Part shown: positions 58,175 to 64,000 of the stretch, piece by piece
Numbering within the stretch: the first letter of the stretch is position 1
Layout of the letters: each line of letters opens with the position of its first letter
Assembly: GCA_043747615.1 (NCBI GenBank)
Contig: JAYTOU010000093.1
Location: forward strand, 41,339-105,338
Length of the DNA: 64,000 nt
Direction: 5' to 3'
From: Myxococcales bacterium
GTDB lineage: Bacteria; Myxococcota_A; Polyangia; Polyangiales; Polyangiaceae
Position numbers and translations under genes: made by a program
Notes under the pieces: model-generated
Databases searched by the model: none
What the model was told of the DNA's origin: nothing
What the model saw: only the letters and a program-made list of their open reading frames with translations

Positions 58175-58873
58175 GTGAATCCCCGTTCCCTCGCAGCCAG
58201 CGCGGTGGCGCTCGCCTTTTTCGCGCCGATTGAAGCGCGCGCCGAGGAGCCGGCAGCACAACGTGGAGTCGCGTCGGAGGCTCCTGCAGTTGTAGTAGAA
58301 GGCGCGCTTCCGCCTTCGACCGAGGTGGAAGAAGCGCCTCCACCGCTCCCGCGCAGGAAGGGCATCGTGCTCGACGCGTCGCTCGGCGCGCTTGGTTTTT
58401 TTGGGCAATTTCGGCGGGTCGCTCCGAGCGCACCTTGGTTCCACGCGCAGCTGGGTTACGAGCTCTTCACGTGGCTGATGTTTTACGGCGAGGGGGATCT
58501 AGCCTTCACCGATACGTCGAATGCGCAGGACCCTTCTAAGGTGCGTGCTTTTCCGATCTTCGGCCTCGGCGGCGGTGCGCGCATCACCGTGCATGCGAGC
58601 GCGCGAACCGCGTTCTACCTCGGGAGCAGCCTCGGGTTCATGAAGGCCGACGTGTCCAACAACGCCTTCACCATTCTCGGGTACCGCGGCGCCGAACGTC
58701 TCGGATTCTACATTGGCGGGCGGCTTGGCTTCGAGTGGTACCAGGTCAATCGGCATCTCGCGCTCGGGCTGGGTCTCGGCCTCAAAGATGCGACCGGCTT
58801 CGCGCGCACCATCGGCGGGAGCGACACGCCGCTGCTTTGGGACGCGGGTCTGTCCCTTCGCTACACCTTCTAA
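58175..58873 (+). CDS. Outer-membrane beta-barrel protein
   Basis: Signal peptide (ARA), alternating amphipathic strands, C-terminal LSLRYTF. Confidence 0.75.
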   Translation: MNPRSLAASAVALAFFAPIEARAEEPAAQRGVASEAPAVVVEGALPPSTEVEEAPPPLPRRKGIVLDASLGALGFFGQFRRVAPSAPWFHAQLGYELFTWLMFYGEGDLAFTDTSNAQDPSKVRAFPIFGLGGGARITVHASARTAFYLGSSLGFMKADVSNNAFTILGYRGAERLGFYIGGRLGFEWYQVNRHLALGLGLGLKDATGFARTIGGSDTPLLWDAGLSLRYTF

Positions 58874-58893
58874 GCAGACGCCCGAGTGAAGCC

Positions 58894-59688
58894 TTGAGGT
58901 GGAGCCGATGCGGGACTGCGCTGCAGCTGATCGTCACCGTGCTCGCGCAGGGCTGCGAGAAGCCCGCGATGGTCGTTCACGAAGAGACCCCTCGCGCCGC
59001 ACGGACGGCACCGGCCCCTAGCGCGGCGGTCCCGATCGATTCTTTCGGGGCGCGAGGACGGCTCGACATCGTCCCCAGGATTGCGCCCTTCGCGATGGGA
59101 ATGATGGACCACGCGTTCGTTGTGGGCTGGGCCGCGGCGGGAACGACGCTCGTGGAGTGCCACAGCGGAATGGTAACGAGCTGCGAATTCGTTCCGGTCG
59201 ACGGAAAAACGGAGCAGCTCCGCGTCGAACCCGACGACACGGCGCGCGCGCAAAAGGAAATAGCCTTGAAGGCCCGCGCAAAGGCAATGGGGATCGGGAC
59301 CGTCGCGGGCGAGTGGGCGTACGCGCGCGATCTCGAAGTGACCTGGCAAGTAATTGTTGGCTCGCAGGTCACCAAGCCCCCCATTCCCGGAGTGCTCAAG
59401 GTTGGCGCCCGCGTACGCGGCGAGAATCCGTCGTTTGCGATCGTCCTGTCGGAGACGAGCACGGGGTACCACGATCGTATCCATCCCGAAGTGATCGCCC
59501 TCTCACCCGACGGTAAATACCTCGGAGTCTTCGCGCACGCTTTCAGCGGCGAGTACGGCGACACCTTTCCCGTGGCGATCGTCGCCGTCGGGCGCCTCGC
59601 TGCCCAGGCTTACAGCGCTGCCGGGTTCTCGGAAAAGGCCACCGCTGCCGATCCGACCTTCGTTCCCACCGTTCGCGGGACCAAATAA
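58894..59688 (+). CDS. Hypothetical lipoprotein
   Basis: TTG start gives MRWSRCGTALQLIVTVLAQGC (lipobox-like). Confidence 0.6.
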   Translation: MRWSRCGTALQLIVTVLAQGCEKPAMVVHEETPRAARTAPAPSAAVPIDSFGARGRLDIVPRIAPFAMGMMDHAFVVGWAAAGTTLVECHSGMVTSCEFVPVDGKTEQLRVEPDDTARAQKEIALKARAKAMGIGTVAGEWAYARDLEVTWQVIVGSQVTKPPIPGVLKVGARVRGENPSFAIVLSETSTGYHDRIHPEVIALSPDGKYLGVFAHAFSGEYGDTFPVAIVAVGRLAAQAYSAAGFSEKATAADPTFVPTVRGTK

Positions 59689-59705
59689 CGGGAATAGACG
59701 TGCCG

Positions 59706-59727
59706 TTCGGCGGTTCCTGCCGCCGAA
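59706..59727 (+). terminator. GC-rich hairpin after the lipoprotein gene (possible terminator)
   Basis: TTCGGCGG-ttcctg-CCGCCGAA, a perfect 8-bp stem with no U-tract. Confidence 0.4.
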
Positions 59728-59731
59728 GCGA

Positions 59732-59769
59732 TGTCACGCAATTGACAGGCCCCCCCCCGTCGCTAGGAT
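59732..59769 (+). promoter_or_regulatory. Sigma70-like promoter with C9 spacer tract and overlapping TGTCA-N6-TGACA palindrome
   Basis: TTGACA 59742-59747, C9 59750-59758, TAGGAT 59764-59769 (16-nt spacer). Confidence 0.65.
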
Positions 59770-59835
59770 GCGCCGCGCGGGAGGCCATTATCCCGCATAA
59801 TTCCAGGCCCGGCGCCTGGACCCCGGAGTTTGAGG

Positions 59836-60966
59836 ATGCCCAGCGACGTGATGATTTATGCGAACGACCTAAGCAAAAGCTTTGGGTCCTTTCGCGCGGT
59901 CGACAAGATCAACTTCGAAGTCCGAAAAGGCGAAGTCGTCGGGTTTCTCGGGCCGAACGGCGCCGGAAAATCCACCACGATGCGCATCCTCACCTGTTTC
60001 ATCGCCCCCACCACGGGCACGGTGCGCATCAAAGGACACGACGTTTTTGAAGAGCCTCTCGAAGTGCGGCGGCAGATCGGCTACCTGCCGCAGCGCGCGC
60101 CCCTCTACCTCGAGATGAGCGTCCTCGAATACCTGCGCTTCGCGGCCGATCTCCGGCAGCTCGACGACTCCACCTTCAAGAAGCGCGCGCGCTCCGTCGT
60201 CGAGGTGTGCGGTCTCGCCCAGGTGCTCGGAAAAGAAATTCGCCACCTCTCGCACGGCTACCGGCAGCGCGTCGGTCTGGCCCAGGCCCTCATCCACGAT
60301 CCGCCGATCCTGATTTTGGACGAGCCCACGAGCGATCTCGACCCCAACGAAAAGGCGGAATTTCTCGAGTACTTGAAGCAGATCGGCGAAGAGCGAACGG
60401 TTCTTCTATCGACCCACAATCTATCGGAGGTCGAGACGGCTTGCGCCCGCGCGATGATCGTTTCCAAGGGACGCATCGTCGCCGACGGTCCGCTCGACGA
60501 GATCCGCGCCAAGAGCGGCAAGGTCCGTTACGTCGTGTCGGTCCAGGAGTCGACGGGTGATACCCCGTACCGCGGCTTGGGCGCGCTCCCCAAGCAGAAC
60601 GAAGTGCAAGCCGCCCTCGGCGCCATCAAGGGCGTAAAGAAAGTCGGCGAGCTCCCCACCGACGATCGCGCGCACTCGTACGAGCTCACCAGCGAGCGAG
60701 ACGTCGACCTTCGGCCCGAGCTCTTCAAGCTCATCGTCGACAAAGGCTGGGTTCTCCTCGAGCTTCACCGCGATACGCAGACCCTCGAAGACGTGTTCCG
60801 TAACCTCACGATTGGCGACGAACGAAAGAACCGGAAGCTGACGAAAGCTGGCCGGCCGGTGGTCGACGAAGTCGAAGAGGAAGAGGAAGAAGCAGACGAG
60901 GAAGAGGAAGACGAAGAGCAGGACGAGGAAGAAGACGACTCGCCGAAGAAGGGCAGCAAACGATGA
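59836..60966 (+). CDS. ABC transporter ATP-binding protein (GldA-like) with acidic tail
   Basis: GPNGAGKST, LSHGYRQRVGLAQA, LILDEPT, STH; poly-E/D C-terminus. Confidence 0.92.
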   Translation: MPSDVMIYANDLSKSFGSFRAVDKINFEVRKGEVVGFLGPNGAGKSTTMRILTCFIAPTTGTVRIKGHDVFEEPLEVRRQIGYLPQRAPLYLEMSVLEYLRFAADLRQLDDSTFKKRARSVVEVCGLAQVLGKEIRHLSHGYRQRVGLAQALIHDPPILILDEPTSDLDPNEKAEFLEYLKQIGEERTVLLSTHNLSEVETACARAMIVSKGRIVADGPLDEIRAKSGKVRYVVSVQESTGDTPYRGLGALPKQNEVQAALGAIKGVKKVGELPTDDRAHSYELTSERDVDLRPELFKLIVDKGWVLLELHRDTQTLEDVFRNLTIGDERKNRKLTKAGRPVVDEVEEEEEEADEEEEDEEQDEEEDDSPKKGSKR

Positions 60967-61844
60967 GCACCATGGAAGAAGCCGAGACGGACGCGGAAGA
61001 GACGGACGAAGAGGAGTCGGAGAAAGAAGAGAGCAATCGAGTCGCGCTTCGTAAGCCCGACGCCTCGGAGACCACGCGCGTCGCGCGTACCGGCGAAAAA
61101 GGCTCACTGCGCAACGTCTTCACGATCGCCCGCCGCGAAATTCGCTCCTACTTTGATTCACTCACTGCGTACGTCGTCCTCGGCGGAAGCGCGCTCGGCC
61201 TGGGGATTTATTTCTTTCTCCTTCAGCAGGGTGGGTTCTGGCAGGTCGATCGCGCGTCGATGAGCAGGCTCTTCGAGTTCATGCCCTGGGCCCTCGCGGT
61301 CCTCGTCATCCCGCTCGTGACCATGCGCGCGATCGCCGAAGAAAAGCGCTCCGGAACGATCGAGCTCCTCATCACTCTTCCCGTTCGCGACAGCGACGTC
61401 ATCCTCGGCAAGTTCCTCGCGGCGTGGCTGATGTGCCTCGTTCTTCTCGTGGCGACCCTCGCCTATCCCCTCGCCATGTTCTGGAAGCCCTGGCATCTAG
61501 GCAACCTCGACTGGGGCCCTGTGTGGACGGGGTACCTCGGTCTCGCGCTCTACTGCGCGGCCGGCACCGCGATGGGGATCATGTACTCCACGCTCACCGA
61601 GAGCCAGATCATCGCGTTCTTCTTCACGGCGGCTTCTCTGGTTTTTCTGCACATGATCGGGAGCGTCGTCGAGTTCGTTCACGGCTGGATGGGCGACGCG
61701 ATCGCCTTCATCAGCTTCCAGAGCCGGTTTGCACCGTTCGAGCGCGGTCTCATCGATACCCGCGCCATCGTCTATTTCGCCTCGATTGCAGTCCTCTGCC
61801 TCCTCGTCGCATTCCGCTCCCTCGAGAGCCGGAAGTGGTCCTGA
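60963..61844 (+). CDS. ABC-2 type permease (GldF-like) with acidic N-terminus
   Basis: IARREIRSYF, TMR.IAEEKRSGTIELL.TLP, ILGKF, ESQIIA. Confidence 0.9.
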   Translation: MSTMEEAETDAEETDEEESEKEESNRVALRKPDASETTRVARTGEKGSLRNVFTIARREIRSYFDSLTAYVVLGGSALGLGIYFFLLQQGGFWQVDRASMSRLFEFMPWALAVLVIPLVTMRAIAEEKRSGTIELLITLPVRDSDVILGKFLAAWLMCLVLLVATLAYPLAMFWKPWHLGNLDWGPVWTGYLGLALYCAAGTAMGIMYSTLTESQIIAFFFTAASLVFLHMIGSVVEFVHGWMGDAIAFISFQSRFAPFERGLIDTRAIVYFASIAVLCLLVAFRSLESRKWS

Positions 61845-61850
61845 GCAAAC

Positions 61851-63662
61851 ATGGAACGTAAACAACAGGCCGCGACCGAAAGCGGCGTACTTCTCCTGGT
61901 CATCGCGGCGATCCTCATCGCCGTAAACGCGCTCTCGGCGCTCGGCGTCTACAAGCGTTACGACTCGACGCAAGCCGAAAGGTTCACGCTCTCGAAGGGG
62001 AGCGGAAACCTTCTCAAGTCGATGAAGCAGCCACTCAAGGCCGACGTCTACGTCACCAAGGGTCTGCCGAAGCTCGACGCCTACGTTCGCGACTTGCGCG
62101 ATCTCCTCCAGGAATACAAGGACGCGAGCGCAGGCAAGTTCGAGTACCAGATCATCGAAGCCAAAGACGAAGAGACGAAGAAGACGGCGAAGGAAGCCGG
62201 ACTCGTCGAGCAGCCCTTCGGCGAAGCGAGCGACACGGAAGACAAAGCCGCGGTCACCCAAGGCTTCATGGGTCTGGTCCTCAAGTACGGCGCAGAGAAG
62301 GACGCCATCAAGTTCCTCGACCCGAACCACGGGGACGGCCTCGAGTTCTGGATCACGAACAAGATCCGCGAAATCCGCGACCGCGGCGACGACGTGAAGC
62401 ACAAGATCGGCGTCCTCACCGGCCACGACGAAATGAAGCTCACCGAGGCGAACCTCGTTCCGGCCCAGATGGGCAAGCCCTCCATGCAGGAGATCATCAC
62501 CCGCAACTTCCCCTTCTATTCGCTGCAAGACGTGGATCTGAAGGGCGGCGACGGAGACGTCGACGACGCGCTCGACGGCCTCATCATCAGTCAGCCCCAG
62601 AAAGATCTGACCGAGAAAGAGCTCAGGAAGATCGACGCCTTCGTTCTCAAGGGCAAATCCCTCGCCATCTTCGCCAGCTCCGTGAACGTCAAGGCCAGCG
62701 ACGCGACGATGAACGCGACGCTCAACGCGCACGGTCTCGAGAAGCTCCTCGAGGGCTACGGGATCGAGATGAAGAAGGACGTCGTCCTCGACTTCGGACG
62801 AAGCTTTCGCGTGAACATGCTCACCCAGGGCGGCGTCGCCAGCGCACGTTTCCCTCAGTTCATGGAAATCCAAGACGACACGCGCTTCACCGGCGACGAG
62901 CAGCTCCTCGACACCGCGTTCCCCGGCTTCTTCCGGATTCCCACGGTGGTGGTGCCGTTCGCGTCATCTCTCGTCCTTCATGGAGACAAGCAACCGGAGG
63001 CCAAGCCGCGTGTCATCGCTCGCTCGACTCCGCGCTCCACCTTGGCCACCGGAGACACGGTGGATCTCAAGCCGCTACAGCAGTGGACCTCGCACATCAA
63101 GAAGGCGCAGTGGGCGCAGTACGCGGTCGGCGCCACTCTCGAAGGCACCATCAAGAGCGCCTTCGCCGACAGCCAAGAGAAGAGCGCAAAGAGCGCGCGC
63201 GTCATGGTCGTCTCCTCGAGCCAGTTTCTCGCCAACCCCTTTGCCCGCGCCGGAAACGGCCCGGACATGGGTCAGTTCGGAATGCAGCAACCCATGGGCG
63301 GCGACGAGCAGCTCCTCCAGCTAGCAGGCCCCTACGCCAGCCAGGCTCTCACCGGGACGATTCTCGCCTTCAAGAACACGCTCGATTGGCTGAGCGGCGA
63401 CACGGATCTCCTCGCCGTATCGGCGAAGATCCTGAGCGAGCCTTCCCTCGTCTACGGAGACGTGTCGAAGCCGAAGTTCGACGAGAACGAGACGGACGAC
63501 CAACTCAAGAAGCGCGACGACGAGATGAAGCAGGCCCGCAAGGCCCAGCAGCACACGGTCGAAGGGCTTCTCATCCTCGGTCTCCCGCTTCTGTTTGCTC
63601 TCTACGGCGTCATCCGCTGGCGCATGCGTCTCGCGGCGCGCGAAAACGTGAGCTTGGCGTAA
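61851..63662 (+). CDS. GldG-like ABC auxiliary membrane protein
   Basis: N- and C-terminal TM helices, 'D.T...RFTLS', LTGHDE, NTLDWL.GD..LL. Confidence 0.85.
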   Translation: MERKQQAATESGVLLLVIAAILIAVNALSALGVYKRYDSTQAERFTLSKGSGNLLKSMKQPLKADVYVTKGLPKLDAYVRDLRDLLQEYKDASAGKFEYQIIEAKDEETKKTAKEAGLVEQPFGEASDTEDKAAVTQGFMGLVLKYGAEKDAIKFLDPNHGDGLEFWITNKIREIRDRGDDVKHKIGVLTGHDEMKLTEANLVPAQMGKPSMQEIITRNFPFYSLQDVDLKGGDGDVDDALDGLIISQPQKDLTEKELRKIDAFVLKGKSLAIFASSVNVKASDATMNATLNAHGLEKLLEGYGIEMKKDVVLDFGRSFRVNMLTQGGVASARFPQFMEIQDDTRFTGDEQLLDTAFPGFFRIPTVVVPFASSLVLHGDKQPEAKPRVIARSTPRSTLATGDTVDLKPLQQWTSHIKKAQWAQYAVGATLEGTIKSAFADSQEKSAKSARVMVVSSSQFLANPFARAGNGPDMGQFGMQQPMGGDEQLLQLAGPYASQALTGTILAFKNTLDWLSGDTDLLAVSAKILSEPSLVYGDVSKPKFDENETDDQLKKRDDEMKQARKAQQHTVEGLLILGLPLLFALYGVIRWRMRLAARENVSLA

Positions 63663-63694
63663 TCAGTACATCGGTACATTCGAAAAGGATCGAC

Positions 63695-64000
63695 ATGACG
63701 GGCACGCAGAAGATCGTCATCGGGGTCGCCGTTCTCGGCGCCCTCGGTTTCGCAGTTTTCAAGCAACAGCAGCGCGACGAGCAAATCGGAGTGGTGAAGG
63801 ACAAGCCCGCGGATCTGCCTGAAATCAAGGGCTCCGATGATCTCGACAAGCTCGTGATCACCAACGCCGAAAAGGGCGAGGTCACCCTCGAAAAGAAGGG
63901 TGACAAGTGGATGGTCACCAAGCCGGTGAATGCCCTCGCGAACCAGGGCGCCGTCAAGTCGATGCTCGACAACATGAAGGAGCTCAAGGTCACGGACCTC
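63695..64000 (+). CDS. DUF4340-like protein (3' truncated by window)
   Basis: AAGGA RBS, N-terminal TM, 'VTLEKKGDKWMVTKPVNALAN'; open to the window end; usual fourth gene of such operons. Confidence 0.75.
   Translation, partial: MTGTQKIVIGVAVLGALGFAVFKQQQRDEQIGVVKDKPADLPEIKGSDDLDKLVITNAEKGEVTLEKKGDKWMVTKPVNALANQGAVKSMLDNMKELKVTDL

Noticed and set aside
1..64000. Mobile elements, prophage, CRISPR, rRNA/tRNA
   Set aside because: No integrase, transposase, phage genes, repeat-spacer arrays or structural RNA signatures were seen by eye. tRNAscan/Infernal were not run.

Overview
A gene-dense, high-GC (roughly two-thirds by eye) bacterial chromosomal segment with about 55 CDS. The first gene and the last gene run off the window ends. 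A TIGR02266/PilZ-like protein, a receiver-DUF4388-J-domain hybrid and many cysteine-anchored lipoproteins point to a myxobacterium, probably Polyangiaceae/Sorangiineae (inference). Recognisable housekeeping genes are purB, fadI-fadJ, tdk, ppk1, rsmG, sdhCAB, a ClpA/C-type ATPase, an AmgK-like kinase, a TetR-RND efflux operon, a ChvI/CreB-like two-component system and a GldA/F/G-like ABC operon. I saw no rRNA, tRNA, CRISPR array, integrase or transposase. No complete novel system can be proven from sequence alone. The best leads are: (1) a promoter with a C9 tract between TTGACA and TAGGAT in front of the Gld-like ABC operon, possibly phase variable; (2) an orphan Flp pilin fused to a Gly-rich tether and a second membrane anchor; (3) a TatA-like micro-protein coupled to a receiver/DUF4388/HPD-less J protein facing a Clp ATPase; (4) an exact cre-tag in front of two unknown membrane genes beside a PBP; (5) many apparently leaderless genes. 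Family calls come from motif recognition by eye, not database searches. Many start codons were shortened relative to the ORF track.
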